From: Octopus sinensis
Lineage: Eukaryota
Length of the DNA: 64,000 bases
Direction of reading: 5' to 3'
Assembly (NCBI RefSeq): GCF_006345805.1
Contig: NC_043000.1
Span: 20,026,001 to 20,090,000, forward strand
Made by a program: the position numbers and the translations under genes. Positions 39,252-52,023 of this stretch are shown here, piece after piece (position 1 is the first letter of the stretch; every line of letters begins with the position of its first letter). Under the pieces are notes generated by a model. The model did no database searches. It saw only the letters and a program-made list of their open reading frames with translations, and was not told the DNA's origin.

Positions 39252-39900
39252 CATATTAACAATTGGCATAAAATCTTTAAAAGAAATTATCAGTAGTCAG
39301 CGTGAAAAACCTCGTAAGAGAAAAAATCCGTAAATTCTTCCTCTTTGAAAATATTCATTTATATTATATTGAGGGTACTACTATACGTAGATACCAACAC
39401 GCTAAGAGGGACCAATGCGGTCAAACACTAAAATTAAACAAAAATTTTACCGAATGCAAAACTTTCAAAACACAATATTAAAAAAAAAATTCAGTTACAT
39501 ATCACATGTGATTTCGCATTTAATGCAGAATATGCATTTCTGAAATGCATATTCTGCATTAAATGCGAATCACATGTGATATGTAACTGAATTTTTTTTA
39601 ATGATGTGGTTTTGAAGTTTTGCATTCGTTAAAATTTTGTTTATTTTTAGTAGTTTTGACCGCATTGGTCCCTCTTAGCGTGTTGGATCTACGTATAGTA
39701 GTACCCTCAATATAATATATATATATATATATAATATATATAAAATATAACGACGGGGTTCTTTCAGTTTCCGTCTACCAAATCCACTCACAAGGCTATG
39801 GTCGGCCCGAGGCTATAGTAGAAGACACCTGCCCAAGGTGCCACGCAGTGGGACTGAACCCGGGACCATGTGGTTGGTAAACAAGCTACTAACCACACAG
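39144..39900 (-). mobile_element. SINE S2 split by a ~470-bp insertion in its (TA)n
   Basis: S2 halves lie at 39144-39240 and 39750-39900. Confidence 0.8.
39361..39718. repeat. Near-perfect 358-bp palindrome
   Basis: Arms of ~180 bp centred on a single T at 39541 (atgcatttc-t-gaaatgcat). Confidence 0.92.
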
Positions 39901-40098
39901 TTATGTGTGTAGATGTGTGTATATTACTTTGCTTACTTTGCGTATGCATTCACATATATGCATGTATGTCCGCTCCACCGGTTATTATCCAAAATATTCT
40001 ATCACAATGTAATCACAATACACGGTTGCCAACCATATGTATGTGTATGTATGCATTCGTGTGTTTGTGTGTGTATGCGTGTGGGCCGATGCTGGATT

Positions 40099-40179
<81 letters not shown>

Positions 40180-40466
40180 GTATGTTATTATATGTATATA
40201 TATGTTATTATTATATAATATATATATATATATATGTATATATATATGTATGTATATATATATGTATATATATGTATATATATATATGTATGTGTGTGGT
40301 GTGTGTGTGTGTGTGGGTGTGTGTGTCTATGTATGTGGGTGCCTGTAGACAGGAATATCAACAAAACGCATCTAATTCCCGTTGCTCTCACACACACACA
40401 AATACATTTATATACATACATACATACCTATACATACATACATACATACATACATACATACATACA

Positions 40467-40499
<33 letters not shown>

Positions 40500-41178
40500 T
40501 CACACAAAGGCGCGCTCACAAACACACCCATACATAATCTCTATTCTTCAAAATTTAATTCTCTTCTTCCTGTAATCCTCGCAGCGCGTTCCAGAACTCC
40601 ACTGACCACACCCACCACCATCGCCTTCATACTAATTTCTTTACGGGGTAGATTCTAACAGGTCAGATAATTGCCGCTGTTGACCAGTACTGTAACTAAA
40701 GACAGATGACCAGTTGGCCAATATAACGTTGTCTATTCTGTTGCTGCCAATTTCTTTGGGGTTCTTGCACTCAAGATTTTGGTTCGGCTCCAAATATTCT
40801 CCGAAGTGCTCGCTTTGTTAAGCAAGAGCCCTCCATTTGGCAAGTGTTTCTCCTTCTCGTGTTTGTATATGAGTATATGCAAAAGATATGTGTTTGCATG
40901 TATATATATGTATGTATGTATGCATGTATAATTATATGTATGTATAAATGCAAGTATGTATGTATAAATATATGTATAAATATAAGTATGTATGTATACA
41001 CACACACCACACAGACGCACGCATATATATCTATACATATACATCCACACATACTTACATACATCCATACATATATGCGCACGCACAGATATACACACGC
41101 AAACTCACAATCACTTCAGGCCATATATGTACAAGCGTATGCATAGATACATAATAAATACACACATGCACACACAAT

Positions 41179-41385
41179 AGGAGAGGCTGTGGGTTAAGTA
41201 GCTTGCTTACGAACCACATGATTCCGGGTTCAGTCCCACTGCGTGGCATCTGGAGCAAGTGTCTTTTACTATAGCCTCGGGCAGACCAAAGCCTTGTGAG
41301 TGGATTTGGTAGAGTGGGTTGGTTCGGTGGGACTGAACCCGGGACCATGTGGCTGGGAAGCAAGCCACTTACCACACAGCCACTC
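41179..41385. mobile_element. Two S2 heads in opposite orientation
   Basis: Plus-strand head and body at 41179-41311, followed by a minus-strand head at 41328-41385. Confidence 0.65.
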
Positions 41386-41467
41386 TTACACCTACATAAA
41401 TATATATACATACGTATATATATTTATACACCTATCCATATATATTATGATGTATGTATGTAATATA

Positions 41468-41507
<40 letters not shown>

Positions 41508-41566
41508 ATATATATATATATATATATATACATACATGCATATATATATATGCATATATATATTAT

Positions 41567-41624
<58 letters not shown>

Positions 41625-41758
41625 GATGCATTATGCACATATAAGATGTGTGCATGAAAGGAACAGAAGCAAAGAGACTTAATTTTAGAATTCAAAATCT
41701 AATATATTTTAATTCATGGCTGGTTATTCGTGCGTGCGCATGTGTGAGCTAGTGACTA

Positions 41759-41849
<91 letters not shown>

Positions 41850-43085
41850 AAGAGAGAGAGTGTGCATATATGTGGGGTAATGGGAGCGAAACATACGATA
41901 AAAATCACGCAGCAAATATCCTATGTTTGGCCAGGGCTTAACTAAATATATATTACTCGGATAATATAGATATTCAGAAACAAATTATTAAAGTAGTAAT
42001 TGATAAACGAATTTCATAACAAAATTTGCCTTTCATGAATACACACACACACACACACACACGCACACACACATACACACATACACACACACATACACGC
42101 AAATACATACACATGCCCACACTCAAACACACATGCACATATACACACAGAAGCATGCACACACCTATATACATATATGTACACACACATATATATACAT
42201 GTATTTGTACATATATGTGTGTGTGTGTATGCATACGTGTGTAGATATATACACACACGTATGCATATGCATATGTGCATGTATGCATGTATGTATGTAT
42301 GTAGGTATGTATGTATGGATGGATGGATGGATGGATGGATGGATGGATAGATGGAGGGATGGGTGGATGGATATATATATGTGTGTGTGTGTGTGTGTGC
42401 GTGCTGTGTGTGTGTGTTTACGAATTTATGTTTGTTTTCCAGTTTCAGCTCTTGAGCCGTGGCCATGCTGGGGCACTAAAATCAACATTTCTGATCGTCA
42501 TGCTATATCCAGTTTTTTATTATTTCGCATTAATTTTTTCGAAGAAAAATATATGATCGCAATTCAAAGAACCACGACACATTTATTGTACTGCACTTGG
42601 AATTGTCCCCTATTTCGTTTAAATATATTTATAAAGTGATATGTAATACTTCTGGAATGCTAGAAAACAAAATTGGTTTTAGAATATTTGCTATTTTAAG
42701 CCTAATCGACCATGTAAATTTTTTGTTGTAGTACTGAAACCTTCCCTTCTCTCTGCTTAACATTCTTCAGAATAAAAAGGAGAAGCATAAAAGCTAAAGG
42801 CTTGTAAGACAGCATATGTTTATTGGAAAGCATATGTTTCGTATCAAATGACACATGTAAGGGATTTTTGTTACAAAATTATTGCATTAGGGGAAAGGAA
42901 TAACTAAAAACCATAACGACGATTTGGGAACTCTATTTTAACAGGGGGCATGTGTCTTACAGGTTTATATTAAGGACAGAGACACCGTTGCTGACATAAT
43001 TGGTAAATGCTGCAGGTTGGCTTTTGAATAGACGAGAGTTCGTTTTTCAACTGGCAGTTTCAACGTATTTTTTCTGATTAGATCC

Positions 43086-43089
<4 letters not shown>

Positions 43090-43117
<28 letters not shown>

Positions 43118-44450
43118 TGTATGTATGTATGTATGTATGTATGTATGTATGCATGCATGTATGTATGTATGTATGTATGTATGTATGTATGTATGTATGT
43201 ATGTATGTATGTATGTATGTCATTGTTCAGTTTTATTTCAAGATTTCTTGCCAATAGAGAAAGAACTGGTTTCTAACCTAGATGCAAGGTTCTTCCATTG
43301 GAATTTCGACATCAACAACAGAGCATTTTTGCATGTATGTACGCATGTATATATGTATGTGTGTGTGTGTGCATGTATGTTTGTTTGTATGTATGTATGT
43401 ATGTATGTAAGTATGTATGTATGTATGTATGTATGTATGTATGTATGTATGTATGTATGGATGGATGGATGGATAGGTGAAGATTTGTATATTTCGTTTT
43501 ATGTGTGTCTTCTCATGCATATACTTGCATATCTAGACATGTTTATATATGCTTAAATGATAAACTTCTGGCAAGTTTTACAGATTTTTACCTGGCTGGG
43601 ATCTGTAGTCTTCAAATCAGTTTTCTCCTTTCTGGTTTTGAGAAGGCTAATTTCTCAAGGTTGGTATTTAGGCAATGTGTTACATATCACAGTGCCCCAA
43701 TAATTACAGATACAAACCTTAACTTGTAATTTCGATAGAGTAGTTGCAGATTTCTCAATAGTTCAGCTTAGGTAGTCTCTTTTTTACTGATCTTCAGCTT
43801 CATGTTAACATTTGTTCGGCAGCTAATTTCCACAACTGTACGTTGAAGCCTAAGTTCTCAGATTATTTCAAGATTTCTTGGCAATAGAGAAAGAACCGGT
43901 ATGTTTTATGTATGCTTTCTCATGCACATAGTTGCATATTTAGACATACTCATATATATTTAAATGATAAACTCCTGGAAAGTTTTGCCGATACTTACAG
44001 TTCCAGTGATGGATTTGATCTGTAGTCTTCGAATTAGCTTTCTCCTTTCTGGTTTTGAGAAGCCTAATTTCTCAAGATTGGTATTTAGACAGTGTGTTAC
44101 ATATCCCAGGGCCCCAATAATTACTGGTATAAACCTGAACTTGTAATCTGGATAGAGTAACTGCAGATTTCTCAATAGTTCAGCATAGGTGTTCTCTTTT
44201 TCACTGATCTTTAGCTTTATGATAACATCCGCTGGGCAGCTAATTTCCACAACTGTGCACAGTTTCTCTTCTCTGTCCCAATTCATTATATCAGGTTTGT
44301 TGTGCTTACATTTTATTGAGGTCTTTACTGGTACATTCCACCAGTAATCCTTTTTATTATGAGTGGCTAAGGCTTCTACCATATTGTGGATTCTTATTTC
44401 TTTATCCCCATTATTCGTCCGAAGATAACATTTTTGATGAAGGTACTGTG
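43090..44450 (-). mobile_element. Two stacked R4/Dong-like RLE LINE 3' fragments with (TACA)n tracts
   Basis: WWNVPVKT..HNKPDIM..VVEISCPADV..Y..L..YPDYKFRFIPVIIGALGYV (43960-44340); second copy at ~43555-43858; shared 3' UTR segments at 43235 and 43862. Confidence 0.82.
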
Positions 44451-44896
44451 TTATAGTCACAACAAATATTGGAAGGGATTGAAGAATCGTTCCAGTAGCG
44501 GCTAGCGAGAACACTAGATGCATTTTGGATTTTTGGGACCCTTTTAATGACGTATGTTTAGACGAGATTAAATTGCCTATTATATAGAAAGCACTGAATA
44601 AAACATTCACTGATGTCGCGAATAGCCGGTTGGTTGAATAAAAATCCGGTATACTTAATTGATGCAGTATACAGTTATGATAGTCAGCCGTGTATCATAC
44701 TGTATGTATATGCACTGTTGGTGGGCTACTTACTGCAGTAGTCGCCCAGTGATAAAATCTCTTGTAGGTGTCCGGGGTTAAAAACGCAATGAATATCGAA
44801 GGGAGACGAAAAAGGGCTTCAACAGCAGCCAGCGAGTGCACTTCTTCCGATATATATTGTGTTTTTAATACAGCACGTGCATAATTTATCAATAGC

Positions 44897-44957
<61 letters not shown>

Positions 44958-45606
44958 TGTGTGTGTGTGTTGTGTGTAGGAATAATAAACTTGGAGTCTA
45001 CAAAACTATAGAGTAACCCATCAGATTAAAGAAAAATTGTTTTTATTTTAACTGAGTATAAAAACAAACATATTTATCTATCTATCTACCTACCTGTTTG
45101 TCTGTCTATCTGTTTATTTCTGTCTGTCTCTCTCTATCTGTCTATCTTTCTATCATCTATCTATCTATCTATATCTATCTATCTATCTATATATATTATA
45201 ATATATATATATAGATATATAATATATATATATATAATGTAGATGATAGATAGATAGATAGATAGATAGACAGACAGATCATAACATTCTTCTGTTCTCG
45301 TCCTAATATGTGTCTACTTTTTTTTAATGTTCATGTTTTTTGTCGAGTGAAACAGAGTGGAAAACTTTGTAATCTTAACAAAAAGAATATTTTTGTGTTT
45401 TCACTGTGACTCCTGTTGCTGTTTTTTTTTCCATTCGTGCCTTTGCAGTTACCTCTGCCGCTGTTGATGATGGTATCATTACTGCAGTTGTTTTTACTGC
45501 TATTGTAGTTTACTATTATAGTAGTCATGCAATTGTTTGAACGTTGAACTTTCAGTGGTTAAAGCCCCTCTGCTCCTGTCTTTGCTGCTATTACAGGTGC
45601 TGTTGT

Positions 45607-46147
45607 CTTCTTCTTCTTCTTCTTCTTCTTCTTCTTCTTCTTCTTCTTCTTCTTCTTCTTCTTCTTCCAATCAGGACTCACGCCATTAGCCACAAAGAAT
45701 AATCTCTAATTCGAGCCTACTCTAAGCTACTAAGAATGCATGTGGCAACTTGAAGATCCGTCCACCATACGCGATAGACTGGCGCTTGCACGGGCGCGAA
45801 AGCTACGTTGTTATCCTCATTCCGTAAACGGTGGCTTTTAACGGGTGGAGAGCTGAACCATCCTGGGGTACAGAGGATTCGCAATCTAGACTAGGGTCTG
45901 AAAGTTTTACCCCACCATAGTGGGTTACACCATGGTTCCCCTGCTTTGTGACAGAAGTAGGAAGAAAGAGTGAGAGAAAGTTGTGGGGAAAGAGTACAGC
46001 GGGGTTCACCCCCCACCCCCGCCGGAGCCTCGTGGAGCTTAGGTGTTTCTGCTCAATAAACATTCACAATTCCCGGCCTGCGAATCGAAACCGCGTTCTT
46101 ACGACCGCGAGTCCGCTGCCCTAACCACTGGGCCATTGCGCTTCCAC
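45607..46147 (-). mobile_element. SINE with the S1 head and body but an unrelated tail ending in (GAA)n
   Basis: 46147 to ~45955 is homologous to the S1 5' half; the remainder is unrelated and ends in (TTC)n at 45607-45667. Confidence 0.75.
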
Positions 46148-46669
46148 GGTGCTGTTGTTGCGTTCCTTAACGCTTCTCTTTTGTTAGTGCTACTGTCACT
46201 TGTCACAGTACCACTAGTACCACCACGTGGACTTTGAAATTTCAACACTTCACATGCTTCAGTTGTTTTCGAGACGGTGGAGCGCTTCTTGGTGAAGGAT
46301 TATGACTGAAAACAAACTCGTTTGTATCGGAACCTATGGGCATGTCCCCCAAAATTACTGTTTGGCCAAAAGTTCCTTAAAACAGAGTTCAGCTTGGTCT
46401 GAAGGTATACGCTCTAATGTGCTACTAGGGCTATCACGTGGACTTTGAAACTGCAATACTTGACATGCTGTCCCTGCATCAGCCCTAGAGCTCAGATGGT
46501 ATTTATCACATCTACTCCAAAGAGATGTAAGGTAAAGTCGACCTCGGCTGGATTTGAACTCAGAACGTAATGCATTTTTTCTGACACGCTATCATTGGCA
46601 CAGTGCCAGATATATTCGGTGGAAAGTAGTTAGTTGTCTAAATCTACCTCAAGAGGATAACAAGTAAAT

Positions 46670-46687
46670 AATAATAATAATAAAAAC

Positions 46688-46725
<38 letters not shown>

Positions 46726-46736
46726 TGATGATGATG

Positions 46737-46822
<86 letters not shown>

Positions 46823-46837
46823 CGTTTCCTGTTTAAG

Positions 46838-46883
<46 letters not shown>

Positions 46884-47075
46884 GAGGAGGAGGATGATAA
46901 TGATGATGATGATGATAATGATGATGATGATGATGATGAGGAGGAGGAGGAGGATGATAAAAAGAAGAAGAAGAAGAAGAAAAAGAAGAAGAAGAAGAAG
47001 AAGAAGAAGAAGAAGAAGAAGAAGAAGAAGCAGAAGAAGAAGAAGAAGAACAACAACAACAACAACAACAACAAA
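46670..47075. repeat. (AAT/GAT/GAG/AAG/AAC)n compound microsatellite
   Basis: Direct reading. Confidence 0.95.
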
Positions 47076-48005
47076 TACCATGGTGTTGTAGGTTACAGTC
47101 AGCAATCTCGTTGCTCGTGCAGGTTTCCAGGAGTTCCAGCAAAACCTGAATCAAAAGATTAAATTATAATAATGACGATGAAGACGACGACAACGAGGAT
47201 TATGATGATGATGATGATGGTTTCATTTGCTACCAGAACGACGGAGGAGTAAGTCAATAACAATGACATGCATACAAATCTGGAGATTTACATTAAAAGA
47301 AATATTGAATGAAAGTCGCTTAAGTACATGCCGAGAGCTGTGTGTAGTCGATCGGTACACATAAACCTAGGCAGTACAATTTTAGATCACCTCTGCCGTG
47401 GTTTGAAACTCGAGTTGCGGGAAAGGAATCCAGTTTAAATAGACCACACATAAATATATACACAAAAATACATAAACATACACACACACACATATTTTCA
47501 TATATATATATATATACATGCCTACATACATGCATGCGTACATACATACATATATACATACATGCATACATACACACTGATGATGTTTCATAATGGAAAC
47601 CCGAAACGTGAGTTAATAGTGCGAGAAGTTTCCAGTTTCTAATAATAAAAATGTATAAATTTTCTGTATTTATGTAATGTGTACTTTTCCATCTCGTTTG
47701 TAGCTTCAAGCGCATACAAACAAATACACGTATCATACAAACAACCCCCCCCCCCCACACACACACACAGAGGAATAATAGCAATAATCTTTGGTGCACA
47801 ATGGTTCACCAGAGAGCATCATTACATTGTGGCCGGCATAATGGAATGGGACCTTTATTTGCATATCCAAAATGTTTCCCGTAAACAGATTTAATATATT
47901 CGTCCAGAGATAAATTCTCTTATGGGCGTGCAGAGTTTAACACAGGATACATGAGTGTGTGCGTGTACACACACACAAACATGCATGCATATATATATAC
48001 ATAAG

Positions 48006-48059
<54 letters not shown>

Positions 48060-48165
48060 CATATATTGATAAAACCGTAAGACAACAAAAGATAGAAAGA
48101 GACCTCGATATTATGTAAATAGAGGAATTTATCTGTAAATGTAATATGTGACAATTATTTGGTAG

Positions 48166-48233
48166 CCATGATAAAACTCCGAGTTTCGGATACCGAGGAG
48201 GTAATCCATGCCGCCATCTCTTCAGTTATCCGG
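48166..48233 (-). ncRNA. Type I hammerhead motif, left arm
   Basis: CCGGATAA-CTGAAGA..GAA-ACT-CGG-AGT-T-TTATCATGG; stem II irregular. Confidence 0.45.
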
Positions 48234-48264
48234 CCATTATTTTTTCATAGCATTTTTCCGATGG

Positions 48265-48332
48265 CCGGATAACTGAAGAGATGGCGACGTGGATTTCCAC
48301 CGCGGTACCCGAAACTCGGAGTTTTATCATGG
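48265..48332 (+). ncRNA. Type I hammerhead motif, right arm
   Basis: CTGAAGA 48273-79; GAAA 48311-14; stem III ACT/AGT; GTT triplet; stem I GATAA/TTATC; stem II irregular near the core. Confidence 0.5.
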
Positions 48333-48385
48333 CTACCGAATAATTGTCGCATATTACATACATACATACATATATATATATATAT

Positions 48386-48420
<35 letters not shown>

Positions 48421-48429
<9 letters not shown>

Positions 48430-49455
48430 TTTCGGTGCGAATGGTTTTGTTATACCGTGCCGTATTTTGCAAGCCTGTGAATAGTAATAATGGTATTTTT
48501 ATATAAGCTTAAAGCTTATGGCGATCACCGTACAATGACTAAGGAAAATAGCCTAATAACGGGACATATAAGCCCTCGACAGAAAAAGAAGGCTTTCCTA
48601 TCCACGCGGAACTGGAACCCATATTTCTTTGTTAACGCGACTAAGTGTGTTTCCTTTACGCCAGCGAACCAGCCTCCTCCTTCGGTCAAATTCAAGAACT
48701 ATATTAGTTCGTATTTGCTTTTATGTAAACAACCTTGCTTTGCATAAAAACAAATACGAACTAATATAGTTCTTGAATTTGACAGAAGGAGTGGGGGCTG
48801 GTTCGCTGATGTAAAGGTAACACACTTAGTCGCGTTAACAAAGGGATTTGAGTTCGAGTCCCACTCGGATAGGGAATCCTTTATTTTTTTCTGTCGAGGG
48901 CTTATATGCACAGTATTAAGATTATTTTCTTTAGTCATTGCACGGTAATCGCCATAAAGTGGAGGCGCAATGGCCCAGTGGTTAGGGCAGCGGACTCGCG
49001 GTCATAGGATCGCGATTTTGATTCCCAGACCGGGCGTTGTGAGTGTTTATTGAGCGAAAACACCTAAAGCTCCATGAGGCTCTGGCAGGGGTGGTGGTGA
49101 TCCCTGCTGTACTCTTTCACCACAACTTTCTCTCACTCTTACTTCCTGTTTCTGTTGTACCTGTATTTGAAAGGACCGGCCTTGTCACTCTCTGTGTCAC
49201 GCTGAATATCCCCGAGAACTACGTTAAGGGTACACGTGTCTGTAGAGTGCTCAGCCACTTACACGTTAATTTCACGAGCAGGCTGTTCCGTTGATCGGAT
49301 CAACCGGAACCTTCGTCGTCGTAACCGACGGAGTGCTTCCATCCATCCAATTGCCATAAACTTTAAGCTTATATAAAAAATATTATTATAACTTTTTGCA
49401 GGAATGTAAAATACGGCACCGTATAACAAAACCATTTGCACCGAAAGCATATATA
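48421..49455. repeat. Large fold-back (~310-bp arms) interrupted by an S1 SINE; a third partial copy lies at 49470-49698
   Basis: Left arm 48421-48729, 9-nt spacer, right arm 48739-48958 plus 49361-49455. Confidence 0.88.
48959..49348 (+). mobile_element. SINE S1, full length
   Basis: TSD aatcgccataaa/aattgccataaa; (TCCA)n tail. Confidence 0.92.
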
Positions 49456-49529
49456 GAAAGTTTGTTTAGATAAAAACAAATACGAGCTAATACAGTCCTT
49501 GAATTTGAGAAGGAAGGAGCCTGGTTCGC

Positions 49530-49594
49530 TGGTCTAGAGGTAACACACTTAGTCGCGTTAACAAAGGGATGTGGGTTCGAGTCCATTTTTTTTT
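49530..49594 (+). promoter_or_regulatory. Pol III type 2 promoter-like cassette (A-box, B-box, T-run)
   Basis: TGGTCTAGAGG 49530-40, GTTCGAGTCC 49575-84, T-run 49586-94; homologous cassette at 48807-48890. Confidence 0.55.
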
Positions 49595-50403
49595 CTGTCA
49601 AGGGGGTTTATATGCACAGTTTTAAGATTATTTTCTTTAGTTATAGCACGGTGATCACCCATAAACTTTAAGCTGATATAAAAAATACCATTATTAACAC
49701 ATATATATATATTTGTATTTATAGTTCACAGATGAGAATAAGATATTCTCCGCATAGAATATACTTAGTAGTGCTCAAGAGGTTTATGTATATTATATTA
49801 TTTATTTATTTTTATTTTATATTTATATTATTTATTTATTATATTTATATTATTATTTATATATATCTGTATTTATATTTACACACACACACAAACACAC
49901 ATACAAACACATGAAGCAATTCATCTCATATTCCTCCGCGATCCATCAGACATCTGACGTGTGGTGGCATACCGTGTACGTCTACATGGAGGGAGTGGGC
50001 AAAATTACGTGCAGAGCAAGCATTTAATCACTGTAAACAAATCATCATCTGTGCAGGTTGTTCAGTAAAAAATTGCAGAAACGTCTTCATCAGACTCGCG
50101 AGACCACCAGAGGGAGATGAAAATCGACCCAGCAGCGGTTAGAAAGAACGCTAATAAAATGCATAAAGAAGAAATAGAAAGAAAAAGAAAAGGAAAACTT
50201 AAGCTTACGGTAACTGACTATTAACAGACTTTCAACACTTGAAGTAGAATTGTCTCAGTAATCCGTGAAATATCCAGTAAATACAAATACAACAAACACG
50301 TCTCTAAACTTAGCAAGAAAGAAAGAAAAAAGAATATAGCCATGTAACCATACACGTGTTGTTGGTGGTATTTTTCCTTCTCTGGTCGTCTCCGTTTTCC
50401 TTT

Positions 50404-50434
50404 CTAACGAAGAGCTAGGTTCGAAACATCAAAA
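50404..50434 (+). ncRNA. Degenerate minimal hammerhead motif
   Basis: CTAACGA (G5 changed to A), A, GAGC-TAG-GTTC, GAAAC; flanks homologous to the 35619 locus. Confidence 0.35.
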
Positions 50435-50728
50435 ACACTCTTTTTCTCCATCTTTAACAAGCATCAAACTAATACACTTCATGTGCACGTCCTCTTGTTG
50501 CTTTGTTATTGTTATTTTTAATGATCGATAATTCGATTTGACTATATATATATATAAAATAAAAAATGGGACAAGAGCGCAAAACATCCGGACAACTAGG
50601 TGATACAAAAAGGGACAACAAAACATCCAAACAGACGACACAAAAAGACAAGGACGGGTCATTCGAAGCTTCCTATCCACAGTCAAGAACCGGATAATCC
50701 TCTCAATTTCGATATATTTCTTTTCTTA

Positions 50729-51107
50729 GCACTCCGTCGGTTACGACGACGAGGGTTCCGGTTGATCCGAATCAACGGAACAGCCTGCTCGTGAAATTAA
50801 CGTGTAAGTGGCTGAGCACTCCACAGACACGTGTACCCTTAACGTAGTTCTCGGGGATATTCAGCGTGACACAGAGAGTGACAAGGCCGGCCCTGAAATA
50901 CAGGTACAACAGAACAGGAAGTAGAAGTGGAGAGAAAGTTGTGGTGAAAGAGTACAGCAGGGATCACCACCATACCCTGCCGGAGCCTCGTGGAACTTTT
51001 AGATGTTTTCGCTCAATAAACACTCACAACGCCTCGTCTGGGAATCGAAACCGCGATCCTATGACCGCGAGTCCGCTGCCCTAACCACTGGGCCATTGCG
51101 CCTCCAC
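50729..51107 (-). mobile_element. SINE S1, full length
   Basis: Reverse complement of the S1 sequence; no clear TSD. Confidence 0.9.
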
Positions 51108-51639
51108 TGTTTCGACTTATAAACATTTGGCTTCAGTACCACTACGCGATATCTTGACTGTATCTTCTACTCTAGCTTTGGGTTGCCTAATACCTAGTGA
51201 GTGAATTTGGTAGACAAATTGTGAAAACCCGACGTACATATGATCCATAGAAGATATGTGGAGTTTTCGTCAGGATAACTCAAGCTTATAGGAATGAGTT
51301 CTGAGTACTCAAATAGGTGTGCCACCAAAATTCTTTTTAGACAGCTGTTTAAGTAGTGGTTATGGGATTGTCTTGTTCAAAGCGGCTAAAGGTAGCTTCG
51401 TTTCAGCCAGTGGTTATAGGTTAAAGTAGTGAGGAAAAGCAAACGATTAGGCAATACAGGACAAGGACATTTAATTCCATTTAATTCAATCTAAATTTAT
51501 CTACATACCGAATGGTAAAAATAGTAAAGAAAATAATCCCTGAGAGTTGTTTCTGGGATATTCCAGCTACTGGAGCATCGTATCGAGCGAAAACTCTTCA
51601 AGTTGCGTATACCGTCATCGGAGAGATATAGATAAGACA

Positions 51640-52023
51640 GTGGATCGCAATGGCCCAGTGGTTAAGGCAGTGGACTCGCGGTCATAGGATCGCGGTTTCG
51701 ATTCTCAGACCGGGCGTTGTGAGTGTTTATTGAGCGAAAACACCTAAAAGTTCCACGATGATCCGGCAGGGGGTGGTGGTGATCCCTGCTGTACTCTTTC
51801 ACCACAACTTTCTCTCACTCTTACTTCCTGTTTCTGTTGTACCTGTATTTCAAAGGGCCGGCCTTGTCACTCTCTGTGTCACGCTGAATATCCCCGAGAA
51901 CTACGTTAAGGGTACACGTATCTGTGGAGTGCTCAGCCACTTACGCGTTAATTTCACGAGCAGGCTGTTCCGTTGATTCGGATCAACCGGAACCCTCGTC
52001 GTCGTAACCGACGGAGTGCTTCC
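51640..52023 (+). mobile_element. SINE S1, full length
   Basis: TSD atagataagaca(g) (51628 and 52024). Confidence 0.92.

Larger units (their letters stand above)
48139..48359. repeat. Inverted repeat with 99-bp arms and a 23-nt spacer
   Basis: 48139-48237 is the reverse complement of 48261-48359, with scattered substitutions. Confidence 0.92.

Noticed and set aside
40733-40860. RRRNTCQMEGSCLTK resembling the Cys motif before the Penelope GIY-YIG domain
   Set aside because: Too short, and no GIY-YIG residues follow
46630-47162. Five overlapping homopolymer ORFs
   Set aside because: Compound trinucleotide repeat
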